A stretch of DNA of 61,120 bases, counting the filler, from Nemertoderma westbladi (lineage: Eukaryota; Animalia; Xenacoelomorpha), in the NCBI GenBank assembly GCA_032718475.1. It is 3 parts of 3 records of this genome, joined end to end, with 100 filler letters (N's around TTAATTAATTAA, not from the genome) between each part and the next. Parts side by side here need not be neighbours in the genome. Positions count along the whole stretch, not along the records: positions 25,017 to 53,123 come from JAUCBJ010000183.1; 2 more parts are not named here. One strand, written 5' to 3'. The translations under genes and the position numbers were made by a program. Below the pieces are notes generated by a model. The model did not search any database, had not been told where the DNA came from, and saw only the letters and a list, made by a program, of their open reading frames with translations. Shown here in pieces: positions 38,331 to 51,147 of this stretch. The first letter of the stretch is position 1. Every line of letters starts with the position of its first letter.

Positions 38331-41299
38331 CCACCCTGGTTATTTCTGTGAATAAATCTAAAGAATTTCCTAACAACATATTGCATTACTTAATATATTT
38401 GCTGTGTTTTCTTGAGATAACGTTGATAAGCATAAGAGCTACTTACAAAATCGACTAATTGTGTGGTATTGCAGTACTTGTGAGGTGAGGCGGCGCGTGC
38501 GTGCCGTGCATACCAACAATAATACCATATCCGCTTCCATTGACTTATTTAAGGAATTTGAACCAATATCAAATTTTTAAATGATGAAACGTTAATTATT
38601 TGCCACGTGTCATCATTGTAATAATATGTTGTGAGATAGATAAGTACTTCATTACATTACATATACCCAATATATTGTTAATTATTCAGTAATTATCTTT
38701 TGATTTGACAATGTTAACTTTTTGAAGCCATTACTATTACTGTGTGTTGGGGTGATGGCAACATGGCTCAGTTTAGGAGAATTCAACCGAATATAGCTCA
38801 TCCAAATTCCGCGCATTGTATTGTTAAAGAATGTAATTGTGTTAACTGCGGTTAAGGTTAAGGTAGCGCGAGGAACAATGAAGTTATTTAGCAACGATTG
38901 CCAGGGGCGTTAACCTATTCATACCAATGCAGATTACGCCATTGTGAATAAGTTTGATTTAGGTTATTGTTGCCTAGAGTTTAAATGCGAATTAATCGGT
39001 GGCTATGTTTTCGATCACCTAGTGATATATGGCCGCCGCCGCCGCCGCGGCACCAGGGTCCAAGCAAATAGTTGTTCGATTTCGTGAACTAACGAACAGT
39101 AAAACAGTGACCTAATAAAAATAAAAATAACAACAAAATTATTTATGGCGTGTAATGTCGAGTTTATAAGATTGCGGTGACGCGTGATTGTAGTTTTTCC
39201 TATCATGGCCTGTGTTAATGTGATAGAGAAGTTACAGCTATACGACAACAGCCTAGCCTACCTACGGTTAAGTACAGTACTACATCCCAAACTAACACGT
39301 TTTATACGTTCTCTACCTTACCGCGTATGTGCTAAGAACATTTATTGATAATAGCCATAACGGCATTATTTAAAATTAGTGAAAATTTATGAGACCGGGG
39401 GGGGGGGGGTGGACTGGACGCAAATCCCATCTCGGCGGATTAAAATTTCGCCTCAATATTAAATTCTAAATTTCGAGAAAGGAGCAGGTTACAGTGGTAC
39501 GTGATTCTAACCAAAACAATAAACGAAACACAATACAACATTATACAGTGTTTTTTTTTGGAGTAATGAACTGTTATCTGCGTCGAATTTCCCATCGGGA
39601 GGGATTCATTTTTATTGCGCCAAACCTCCCTGAATAAAATGAATAAATATTTATGAATGAATAAAAAGGATTAGAATTTCAGTATACTTTAAAACATTAC
39701 ACTAACAATAATTAAGAATTCAGCGCCGATAAGTTGACATACCGGCAATGTAATAAAATTACGTACGCCATCATGGGAAAAGGACCCTATTCAGCGTTTA
39801 TGTTCCTTGTATATTTGTGTAAATCTCCCTCGTTGCGCTCGTACGGTACATTCTTACAAAAATACACTCGGGTAATAAAACTTAAAAGTGCTACTTTTTA
39901 CACAACGACGTAAATAGTTATATCTCATGCGCTACGCGCAGGTCCCATCATCCTGCGATAGATTTTGACTCCAATATCTGTTACGTTGAAGAGGAAAAAC
40001 TGAAATTGATATATGAAATTTACTTTACAGCTAGCCAACTAATTGTATGAAGACTGTGATATACTGTATGTATAAATACTGTATAACGGAGCACCGCTGT
40101 AGTTATATTCTATGGTTTGAAGTGAATTTAAATGACTTTAAATAAAATAAAATATATGGCCGTAAATAGTCCGGTAAATTAGTTTCGTTACATACTTTAT
40201 TAAGAATGCGCAGACCGTCTGGCTAGACCTAGAAATCTCCATAACTCACTAATAAAATAAACAATGATTACGTAATTAAGTAAATTAGCTTGTAGTCAGC
40301 TAGCTACAGTAGTTACTGTACTTAAACCTCAACCTAATTGTAGAGGTACACCCAGTTCCGTATCTCGGAAATATACTGTAGTAGTGACTCGACCATGTCG
40401 TAATGTGGCAATATTATTAGATAAATAAAAATAATATATTTTCATAAAATTATTTGGATTATTAAATTGGTAAAAATATTCCAAAGCAATATTTTTACCT
40501 GTCCCGCTTGTATTTCTTTAGGCTCATTTATTTCTTATGCTCTGTAACTTAGGGCAATATATTATTACTCATTATTTTTACTGCAGTTACTGACAGTAGT
40601 TACAGATTCAGATTAAATGAATGCCGTACTCTATGTAATAATACATCTATTGTATTGAAATTGATAACAATAATTCACGTTTTTTTTGTTTATATATCAT
40701 TTTTTTATACTCAGCCTACCCGATGCTCGCCATGACTCTTTTCTGCATAAGGCTGCCTGCTGCGATCTTATTATTATTAACAAGTACTGAGAATGAAATA
40801 GTTCATCTATCTATCTATCAACTATGGTATGCATACAAATTACGTCATGCGACTATATTTAGTATGACGCGGTCACACAGTGGACATACAGTACATCGTA
40901 AACGTTGGCATATCTAGGGAATAGGGTCACTTGAAACCGTGGCAAATTCATATAGGGGTGTACGTACGTACGCCCCATCATCGGACTACAGTAAGTTCCC
41001 TTTACCAACATGATTTATATTATATGTACCGGTACTGTACTTTAGGGTACCTTGAACTTAGGGAACTACAGTATGTAGGCATACTTATTAAAATCATATT
41101 CAAGCCAGAGCACCCTCCCTCCCCTTATATAATTATACTGATGGTGGTAAATTAGACTTGTTTCTAGTCCAAAGTCAGAAATATTTTCTCAATGACTAGA
41201 TGAGAAAATAATTCATCAGTGGTAAATTTAATTTCATTAGTCATATGAGACAAAATTCATCAGTCGTAAGTCGGTTCTGCCTCCGAGTCTGAAGTGGTA

Positions 41300-43330
41300 C
41301 TACTACTACTACTAGGATCGGCATGCTGCATTGCAGCTGCATTTTTAAGAATGCTGTGCCGGCTTATCGACAAAATTGCACCGCCACAACTCCCTATCAC
41401 CCATGACATTTGCTAGATCATCCGCATCTTCAAGGCCAGTGTCCTTTAAGATGCGTCTCAAGAAAGTCATGGGCTGTCCACCACGCTTATTCACTCCATG
41501 AGGCTGCCAAAGTACAAGATTATGCACTGGCCGGTCCTCACGGCGAAAGCAATGTCCTGCAAAGCGGAGGCGATTTTGTTCTAGTGTCAAGCTTGGGGGA
41601 ACCAATGAGACACCTCCAATGTTATATAGTGTCTGGTTGGAGATGTGTGCATTGTACTAGACACAATGAACCCGGCGTAGCATTCTTGTGAATGTGCCAT
41701 CCAGAGATTTTGTGTCCTCAGCAGTTAGAGCCCAGCATGGACTCCCATAGAGGAGTACTGGAACTACTGCTGCTCTAAATAATCGGACCTTAAGTTTCCG
41801 ATTAATTCTCGGTGACTTCCAAATCCTGGAAAGCCTATTCAAGGCTGCCCATGCCTTTCCCTTACGTATTCGAAGGTCCTCACCTGACTTCCGGATCCAT
41901 GATCCCAGGTAACAGAAGTCATCCACATGCTCAAGCATACCATCTTTTGAGCTTATGCTCATCCGATCAGAGACTTGCTGAGGACTTTCAAAGTTAACTG
42001 TCAAAATTTTGGTCTTTCTGGAGTTAATGAAAAGACCAACACTAGAAGCAGCATGTTCTAATGAGCTGAGGAGCCGTTGGGCTCCCTCTAGTGATTCTGA
42101 GAGCACTCCTAAGTCATCAGCAAAGTCTAGATCAGTTAGGTACTTGGCAGGATTTCCTCGACTTCTGGAGCCAGTAGGTGGAGTTATCATCACCCCATCA
42201 TCATTATGATGATCTAAGGACATGCGTAGAACATAGTCAACAACAATTATGAACAAGAATGGTGCAAGTGTGTCTCCTTGGAGGACGCCCCATAACACTT
42301 CAAATGGTTCTATGTCACCGTCAACAGTAGACACAAATGTTGTCGAACCATCGTATACTGATCTGATTGCTGCAATAATTTCATCAGGAATCCCATATAA
42401 TGAAAGTATGCTGAACATACGTGAGCGAGAGACTGAATCAAAGGCCTTGAAGAAGTCAATAAAGATAACAGCCAGATGCCTGTCTTTCTTTTTTGATAAC
42501 TCTTCCATTATCCTTCTAAGTGCCAAAATGGGCTCCATGGTCCCACGACCTTTACGGAACACATTCTGATTTCCACGGAGCAGCCTCTCAATGGGATCCC
42601 TGATGCTATTTAATAGAATTCTATTGTATAGCTTTGCAGCAATCGAGATCAATGAGATTCCCCGAAAAGAACCTTAGAGTGTTAGGTTGCCCTTCTTGGG
42701 AACTGGCACCAACTTATTTGTTTTCATTTCTTGTGGGACTCTTGTTGTTCGGTACATGTCTACTATGATGGGATAGATGAGCTTTAAACACTCAGGTATT
42801 TTAAAGACCTCAGGGGGAACCCCATCTACTCCACTGGCACGATTGGTCTTAATGCTCTTTGCAGCAGCCTTCACTTCTGCAAAGGAGATATCGCCAATGG
42901 GAATATCTGGGAGTACAGACTCAGACACTTTTACTTCTATAAAGTTATCAGGCAATACCCTGTCATTATTGAGGAGCTTTTCAAAGTGGGCTTTCCAACC
43001 ATTGAGGCGATCGGCTGGTGATTCAGCCTCAACCTTGGTGGTTGGTTGGCTTTTTCGACCAGCAAGCAAGTTGATCGATCCCCATGCCTGGGATGATTGC
43101 CTGCTGTCGTCAGCATCATTGATGGCATCAACCTGTTGGTTTATTAGCTCCTGTAGATTAACAGAGTACTGCCTGTTCAGGGACCTAAATGCAGCCTTAA
43201 CTGCATTCTTTGTCGGTGTAGTCTGTTTGAGTCGGGACTCTTTCTGCGCCTTGTAGAGGTCATTTCGGCACTTCTGAATTTTGTTGTCAGTCAAGGGAGA
43301 CAGCAACTGTTTCTGCAGCTGCTAACTGTT
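41300..43330 (-). mobile_element. RTE-clade LINE, youngest/longest copy, 5'-truncated, two in-frame nonsense codons
   Basis: ORFs 42674-43306, 41657-42652 and 41345-41605 share one frame; full RT motif set; (TAG)5 tail; TSD AGTGGTA at 41293-41299 and 43331-43337. Confidence 0.95.
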
Positions 43331-43809
43331 AGTGGTAAATTTGGTCTCATTGGCAACCCTGTAGATGAAAAGATAATTGTTGTCAATATAGTAGGCCCCC
43401 CTATACATTAATTAATACTGAATAACTACAGTTCTTGTACGACTACGGCATGACTGTTTCTTAGCTAACAATTAACGAGCTGCGCACAACGGTACGAGAT
43501 GTGCTACGTAGCAGGCGACAGGTTGCAATATGCTTCGTTAACCCAGGCTGCTTGCGATTCGAATTCGCATCGAATTGCGTAATTATCCTAACTAATTTTA
43601 TTTTTATGGTTCTCGACGGGGTCTGTGGGTGCGGCTAATGGCTAATAGTGTGATATATTGGTTGCTGGGGTGGCGAAGTGTATATAGGTATTATTCCGTA
43701 ACAATTTTTATATTGGGGGCAAAAATGTTCTTATGCCATCAAGGGCCAAGATGGCCTAAATGCGGCACTTCCGACCCTGTATGGGTAACAAGCAAATATT
43801 GTAAATATT

Positions 43810-44020
43810 GGCCTTGAAATGCGGATAATCTCACGAAAGTCATGGGGCATACTGTAGGGAGTTGCTGTGGTGCAATTTTGTTGATAAGCTGGCATAGCTA
43901 GCATTCGTAATATATACTGCATTTGGCGCATGTCCATTACGGGTTGCGTGGGGTGACACAAAAATATTTGTTAAGCCAGCATAGCATCCCAATGTGCAGC
44001 TTCAATGCAGCTGGCCGATT
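43810..44020 (+). mobile_element. Old degraded RTE 3'-end fragments
   Basis: GCCTTGAAATGCGGAT...GGGAGTTG...GTGCAATTTTGT...AAGCTGGCA resembles the RTE 3' end. Confidence 0.55.
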
Positions 44021-44865
44021 ATAGGAGTCCAGAAATATATGACTGCCCATGATTATTACAAGTGTGGTGTAGAAGGCCGAACATTACTATTATTATTCCG
44101 TAAATAGTTATAAGAACCATAACTTTTGTTGCCAGTAAGCTGTGAATAAGTAGGCAACGTATGCTGTGAATCCTGCCTTACCAGGATTAGAATTATATAC
44201 AAATAGAAGGTACAGAATTAAAACGAATACAGTACGCCCATGGGATAACGCTGGTAATATTTATTTCAAATAAAACATTATATTCAATAAATAATCCTAA
44301 TGGAAAACATTTTTTCTCTCTACGCTCTTGCTAAAAACTTGCCATCTCGAGTAAAACTTCAACAACTCAGACAGAATATTTAAATGTCGCTAAATTGAAA
44401 ATGATTGAAAGAACGCGGTACTTTACGTTACATTTTTAATCCAAAATAAACCTTTTCTTTGGATAGTCTTATTTAATTTCTAATTCATTATCAAATCTTC
44501 ATACCGGTTCGTGGCTAATCTTAAACTGCGATGGTGTTGTGTTTCAGGGGCGGCAATGCATACAGTAGTAGTTGTGAGCTGAAGAATTTCACCCAAGATG
44601 GGTGGACTTGTTCACACATCGAAGTCGAAGTCAAAGCTGGACGAAGTCCACCTTTGTGGCTGGACTTGTGGATTTATGGCAATCAACTTCCACTTCAATT
44701 TTCTAGTTCATCTTATGCGATTTGTTTCATATCTGGCAAATATGTACAGTAGTATAGTATGTATAATAGTATACTATAATGAATTCTTTTTTCCTTTTTT
44801 GTCCAGAAAATATGAACACCGAATGATCGCAAACACTCCTACATATATTGCGATTGTTTAACGGT

Positions 44866-45230
44866 ATCAAGTACAATACACACATCTCCAACCAGACACT
44901 ATGTAACATTAGAGGTGTCTCATTGGTTCCGCCAAGCTTGACACTAGAACATAGCCGCCCCCGCTATGCAGGACATTGCTTTCGCCGTGAGGACCATCCA
45001 GTGCATAATCTTATGTTTTAGCGGGCTCATGGAGTGAATAAGCATGGTGGACAGCCCATGACTTTCTTTCTCGAGACGCATTCTAAAGGACACTGGCCTT
45101 GAAGATGCGGATGATCTAGAAAATGTCATGGGTGATATGGAGTTGTGGCGGGGCAATTTTGTCGACAAGCCGGCACAGCATTCTTAATATATATATAATG
45201 CAACTGCAAAGCGCATGCCGATCGTAGTAT
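44866..45230 (+). mobile_element. RTE 3' fragment
   Basis: Colinear with the reverse complement of ~41310-41665; ends GCATGCCGATCGTAGTA. Confidence 0.85.
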
Positions 45231-45364
45231 AGGCCTAGCAATAGCATACTTTGCACCGGGGCCACGACAATAGACCTAACATTAACATACCTACTTTAGG
45301 CCACAGTCGGCAAAAAATTACAATTGTATTACTACCTCCTGTAGTACGGGGTAATCCTGTCTGA

Positions 45365-45570
45365 GCTGATCGCCTCAATGGTTGTAAGGCCCACTTTGAA
45401 AAGCTCCTCAACAATGACAGCCTGATCCTTATAACAAACCTTATAGAAGTAAAAGTGTCTGAGTCTGTACTCCCAGATATTCCCATTGGCGATATATCCT
45501 TTGCTGAAGTGGCTGCTGCAAAGAGCGTTATGACCAATCTTGACAGTGGAGTAGTTGTCCCCCTGAGGTG
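45365..45570 (+). mobile_element. RTE internal fragment (pre-RT region)
   Basis: GATCGCCTCAATGG...CCCACTTTGAAAAGCTCCTC...CCAGATATTCCCATTGGCGAT matches the reverse complement of ~42820-43012. Confidence 0.8.
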
Positions 45571-45769
45571 ATAATAAAATAACGGAATATATATTCAAGA
45601 TGGAGGTAACAGTGGGTCCAGTTGGAAATCTTATTTTAATCAAGAAAAGCAATAATAATGAAAAAATAAATAAACCCATGTTACGTTTCGATATATTACA
45701 AAACAATCATCTTCAGCCAATTATTTAAAACACAAACTCAAAATTTAAAATATCAGTATGTATGTACTA

Positions 45770-45840
45770 CCTTAGAGTACGTAAATGATGTAAATTTGGC
45801 GCTATATAAATAAATATATATTATTATTATTATTATTATG
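45770..45840 (+). mobile_element. L2-type 3' tail
   Basis: CTTAGAGTACGTAAATGATGTAAATTTGGCGCTATATAAATAAA-(TAT)n; same family as 29822-29902. Confidence 0.65.
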
Positions 45841-46254
45841 TATGTAATATATAGACAACAAGTTCATATGAATGCACTGCACAGAAACAGATATACAGTA
45901 GATATATAATATTGAATTATATGCAGTATTTATCAGCTTTCGCTTAACTACTTCACCGGTAGACTGGTAGCTTACTATACTGTACAGTAGAATATTTAAG
46001 TAATCCAATGTAAACAAAGATACTTGAATCATGAGACGTGAATTTTAATTCCACTTTTTATTCATCCTGTGTTTGTATGTGAAAAAGCCGAATATTATTT
46101 ATTACCAGTGCTATTCCCTCTGCTATGATGTAGAGATGAGTTTCCGATTCTGTTATTCCAGTTGTCTGATAATCAGATACCTGACATATACCGATACTTG
46201 CCTAACAACTCAACCCTACCGAACCTGAAATGAAAAATCATTGTTATCAGGATT

Positions 46255-46425
46255 TCTACGCGTAGCACCTACGCGCAGTTTCAAAATACCTACGCGTAGT
46301 TCCAAAATAACTACGCGTAGTTTTAAAACACCTACGCGTAGTTGTTAAAAAGGCAGTAAGTCTGGCCCTACCGGTAAATGACAGGAATGGAAGTTACAAA
46401 CTACGCGTCTGACGCGTAGCTACGT
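46255..46425. repeat. Array of CTACGCGTAG palindromes with 21-bp period
   Basis: ACGCGT at 46258, 46292, 46313, 46334, 46403 and 46412; ACGCGC at 46271. Confidence 0.85.
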
Positions 46426-46572
46426 AATAACCAGATAACAGCTATAACGAAAAAAATAATATAACAAGAAATAGCAAGTAGTATAAATAAATAACTTACA
46501 AAAGATGCAGGCACATTCTGACAGTGGATGTGGGACTCCTGGGACAGAAATATGTGTAGGCCTACATACCGG

Positions 46573-46711
46573 TAGTTAGTTCGGGTTTGCCTGTCGATTT
46601 GTGTAGGCCTACATAGTTAGTTCGGGTTAGCTTGTCGATTTATGTACATAGTTAGTTCGAGTTAGCTTGTCGATTTGTGTACATAGTTAGTTAGGGTTAG
46701 CCTGTCGATTT
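46573..46711. repeat. 35-bp tandem repeat, 4 copies
   Basis: TAGTTAGTTCGGGTTAGCTTGTCGATTTRTGTACA units starting at 46573, 46614, 46649 and 46684. Confidence 0.9.
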
Positions 46712-47312
46712 GAAATACGTTTACGCTGTTACGTTTGCGCAGTAATCTGATAATCGCTCTGATTGCAGTATTTGGATCTGATTGTGGCAGCCTAGCTCCT
46801 GAGCTCAGTAGCTGCCTTTATTGTGTGCTGGGTTCGTGTTGTCCTGGTGCAGGTGTGCCTGTGCATGCAATTGCGGAATTGTGGTTTCTGCCAGTGCTGG
46901 CAGGCTGCAGTGCCCGTCAGCCCGTGTCCAGTCTCTCTGTCTCTTGTGGGTAGGCCCTACTGGTAGCCTTGTCTGCTTGTGCAGTTGTACTACAGTACTA
47001 ATCCTGTAATCGGCTACTTCTGTCAGTCTGTACTGACAGTCTCTGGATCTCGGAAGGTCTAAGGTAAGGTTGAGTGACAGTCCTGCAGTCTTAAGTCTGT
47101 ACGTACAATCCTGCAATTGTATCGTACTTCGTACATATATGCGAAATACCGGTAACAGGGTAAGCCCTACAGCCCTACTGAAATATCACTGATCAGCAGG
47201 ATTACCTTCTGCCTTCTGACCTTAGGCCTACTGCCTTACCGTCAGACCGTACTGCCGTACCGTACTGAACTGCTGAAACTGAACAGAGATAGAACAGTAG
47301 AACCTGACGACA

Positions 47313-48917
47313 ATGCCGTTAGTTACTCCGTTATTTTACTCGGACGGTTCACCAACCGGGAATGCCGACGGCAAGGCGGCTAAATATAAGGCCTTTATGG
47401 GTTCCAAGTCGACGGAGAATGAAACTCAAAATAAATGGACTCCGCGAGTTCTAAACTTTAGCGCGGACTCCGACGATGAATTCGATTGCGTTGGACTTCC
47501 TCTGACTCCGCTCCGCGATAGAAACTCCGCGGAAGAGTTAAGCGGAAACGAGGAGAACGCGTGCAATAGCAGGTACTGCGATGAGAACCGCGCCCCGTGC
47601 CCCCCACAAGATAGACTCCGCTCGCTGCGACTCTTCGACTCACCGCGAACTCCCAAATCCCTACTTCTTTCCGTCACAAACTCATCCGAGCAAGGGAACA
47701 TCCCGTGCCCGTCAACGTGGCAACGCCGTACCAAACCATCGTGCGACTCAGCCCACCGCTCCGCCGCGGGTGGATCAACCCCGGAGACCAACTACAACCC
47801 TTTCACCCGGGAGGCGGTCCTGCAATCGGTAACCCGACGGAAACGCGACCGACGCGACTCGCTAAACTCCTCCCTCGAGTCGGACGACGACGAATCCTCG
47901 CAACTCCCGAAGCGGATACACCTGCAGGACATCCAGGAGTCGCGATACGAGATGGAGTTCGTCACGGTCCGTGAAATCGGTTCCGGCAAGTTCGGGGTCG
48001 TCCTCGAAGCGATAAACCGCCTCGACGGCTGTCGTTACGCTGTGAAGCGCTCGCTACTTCCGGTCGCGGGCAGCGCCAACGAGACGCGCGCCATGCGGGA
48101 GGTTTACGCGCACGCGGTGCTGGGCCACCATCCCCACGTGGTCCGGTACTACTCGGCCTGGGCCGAGGACGGCCGCATGCTGATACAGAACGAACTGTGC
48201 GCGGGCGGCTCGTTGGAGCGACGGATTCTCTCGGATGGGCCGCTCCGGGAGGCCGGATTACGCCGCCTCACGGAGCACGTCAACGAGGGCCTACGGTACG
48301 TCCACACTCAGGGACTCGTTCACCTCGATATTAAACCCGCGAATATATTCATCTCGTTTCTCCGCGTTTCTCCGATCTTCTCCGCTGAAGATCAGCCCGA
48401 GTTGCCTGTCTATAAGATCGGGGATTTAGGTCACGTGACGTGCGTGACTACGCCGGCTGACCTAGAGGAAGGGGATTGTCGGTACCTCGCCCAGGAGGTC
48501 CTAAGGGACGACGAACCTCTCCTAGATCGCGTCGATATGTTCGCGCTCGGGTTGACGGTGTTCGAGGCGGGCGGCGGGGGCCCGTTGCCGTGCAACGGGG
48601 AGTACTGGCGCCGGCTGAGGGACGACGGCTGGCGGGAGTTATCCTTGTCGCATTGCGGCGACTCGTTCAACCAACTGTTGCGCTCGTTGCTGCACACCGA
48701 GCCGACTCGTAGGCCGAGCAGCTCCGCGCTGTCCGAGCATCCGTGTCTGGGGGCCTCCCGGACGCGGGTGTCGCAGCTCGTAGAGGAGTTGGAGTCCGAG
48801 AGGGTCCGCAATCGGTTGCTCAGCAGCCAACTGAAGGAGGCCCAGACGGAACTGCATAGCGTGAAGCGAGTGAAGGTGGTGGGGAGGAAGTTAGTGAGGT
48901 GTGCGAGTATCTGTTAG
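47313..48917 (+). CDS. WEE1: Wee1-like protein kinase, single coding exon (534 aa)
   Basis: IGSGKFG, AVKRS, EVYAHAVLGHHPHVVRYYSAWAED, HLDIKPANIF, KIGDLGH, Wee1-family EEGDCRY; N-terminal RLFDSPRTPKSL and NYNPFT; C-terminal coiled coil; AATAAA at ~49034. The start could instead be the ATG at 47397. Confidence 0.95.
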   Translation: MPLVTPLFYSDGSPTGNADGKAAKYKAFMGSKSTENETQNKWTPRVLNFSADSDDEFDCVGLPLTPLRDRNSAEELSGNEENACNSRYCDENRAPCPPQDRLRSLRLFDSPRTPKSLLLSVTNSSEQGNIPCPSTWQRRTKPSCDSAHRSAAGGSTPETNYNPFTREAVLQSVTRRKRDRRDSLNSSLESDDDESSQLPKRIHLQDIQESRYEMEFVTVREIGSGKFGVVLEAINRLDGCRYAVKRSLLPVAGSANETRAMREVYAHAVLGHHPHVVRYYSAWAEDGRMLIQNELCAGGSLERRILSDGPLREAGLRRLTEHVNEGLRYVHTQGLVHLDIKPANIFISFLRVSPIFSAEDQPELPVYKIGDLGHVTCVTTPADLEEGDCRYLAQEVLRDDEPLLDRVDMFALGLTVFEAGGGGPLPCNGEYWRRLRDDGWRELSLSHCGDSFNQLLRSLLHTEPTRRPSSSALSEHPCLGASRTRVSQLVEELESERVRNRLLSSQLKEAQTELHSVKRVKVVGRKLVRCASIC

Positions 48918-49270
48918 GCAATACTAATTACTTTTACTGATAATACGAGACATTTACAATACAAACGTTTTGCCTTCGCTTTTTGTGTGAAAATTTCTAT
49001 TATTTTTCTGGTAGAAAATGTTGCAAATAGTCAAATAAAACAACTTTATTTAGACGTAATTGTAAATTTATAATTTCTTATTGTTTAATTTCTAATTAAT
49101 ATGAATGATATTATCATTGATGTTGATGTCCTCCAACCGGATGGTGACGTTGAGGTTCGAATACAAACATATCGATTTGTATAATTCTTGTTGGTTAATA
49201 AATAAATAACATTATAGTAATGTAATTTTGTGTTCGTTGATAGAATCTCAGGAAGGAAGTTGAGTTGAGC

Positions 49271-49639
49271 CAGGGTTGCCACTCACCTGGAGTGACTGGA
49301 ATAGTCGAGGAATTTCATTTTCTTAAAATTTCAGGGAATTCTTTAAAATAATTAACATATCAGGGTAAAGTTTGTTATTCGGGACGGACATGGTGTCATA
49401 AGCGAAAATATGTAAAATCTTTTCTGCTCGTTGGCTCTCCATTCCATTTCCTCGCATCACTATAATCATTGGTCTGTTGTTGTGGTACCGGGTAACATTA
49501 TTTACCTCTCTTCATATTAAAATTAATTAATGTTTATATTATGTATGTAAATTTTTTGGAATATAATTAAGCGGCCATAAATAATGTATTCTGTAATATA
49601 TTTACATATAATTGGAACTGAACCAGAGTGGCAACCCTG
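49271..49639. mobile_element. MITE with CAGGGTTGCCACTC TIRs
   Basis: Perfect 14-bp TIR (49271-49284 / 49626-49639); the left end recurs inverted at ~58197-58265. No clear TSD. Confidence 0.7.
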
Positions 49640-51147
49640 GCACTTGTTTTGCTGTCGTGTTATTTTCAGTATTTATAGCCAAACTTCAGGACTTTCATGC
49701 AATTCTCGCGAAACTTGTTTATTTTGTATGTAAATCACTTTATATAACCTACAGAATCGCAATGAGATCTTATACTCATATTGCGTTGTCATTATTAAGT
49801 CGCTCTACTGTCGCTCTCCTTCATTTGGTTCAATTGGATGAACTTCTAGGATATTATCTAGTAAAACTTTAGATCGCCTTGTTATTACAATTACAGTGTT
49901 AAATAATTATTTTTACTTGTACTAGCTCTACTTGCATTAGCTGAAATATATTCTGCAATAACTACTATGCAATGCGTTTGCTTCTATACCCTAACTCTAT
50001 TCCTGTTCTAGGTGCATTTTCTTTTTTTTTTAGTTTGTGTCTTACAGTCTAAGTACAGTACGAGTTTGTCCCCAATTATCGAAGCTGGTCGACACGTCAA
50101 AAGAAACATTTTTACAATTAATTTAAACGATATAACTTGGCAGATTGTCGCTGAGATGTCCTGCAGTTGAATTGCACGAAATCCCAACTTGGGTTATTTA
50201 CCTCATAAAACCTCGATGTTGAAAATATAATTAAGGAAAAATATCGCGTTAACGAACAAGCTTATATAAATAATAATAATATAATATTATTAACAAACCT
50301 GTGGATAACAAACCTTTAATAATAGATTTCCAATATTCATCGCGCTGGTAGATCGTCGAATTATCCGTAATTTCTTGGCCAAGGAACTTTTTCTCCAATT
50401 CTTCTTTGTTTCAACATTATTCTTAAATTTTCCAACTCTTGTAAAGTTCTCAAACAATTATTGTAGCTTACATTAGCTAAGTTACGTAATATTTTGTAAT
50501 TCCTACGTATCCCAACTAATTGTACAAGGTCGTTGTGGCATTCTAGTTATTTTATGCTTTTCTAACTGTAAATTTATTAATTGGGGATCAGATATTCTGA
50601 GATTATTTTTTCTTAATATTCCCAAGTACAATAATACTTTTTAGTGTAGCCGTATAGATGGAAGCTCATATATTTAGCTGATGTGCAATATGGAGGTATC
50701 GATATTAATAATATTTACTTCATTAATATGAAGAGCGAACGATATATATCGATAGAATATAATTATAGCAATAGATATCTTAGACAGCGATATCGTGGAT
50801 ATCAACATCAAGTAGATATCATGGATATCAAGTAGCTACTGATTAGTTTAATAATTGAGAGTAACTCTTTAACTGTCTGTGTTGTTTAATTATATCTGAC
50901 CTATCAGATATTCACGAATAGTCACGTTTCTTGTTAATTATTTAATTTTATTGTTTAATAGGTACGCGTTTTGTTGTGTTTTGTATTTTGATTGTGTGTT
51001 TAATATTTGTTCGGGTATTTTGATGTACAATAGATATTATGATTTGTGCATGATTTATATTTTATAATAAAACAAACAATGTAGTTGATATGATTTTCAT
51101 TCTCTTGGTCGTTTTCGCTACAGGGAGGTATGTGAGGAACCAAAATC

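Noticed and set aside
47426-48857. Overlapping antisense and alternate-frame ORFs within Wee1
   Set aside because: Expected shadow ORFs of a GC-rich coding region.
50290-50460. Minus-strand frame with RRSTSA resembling the insulin A-chain start
   Set aside because: Lacks the CC-x3-C-x8-C pattern and any B-chain exon; likely chance.
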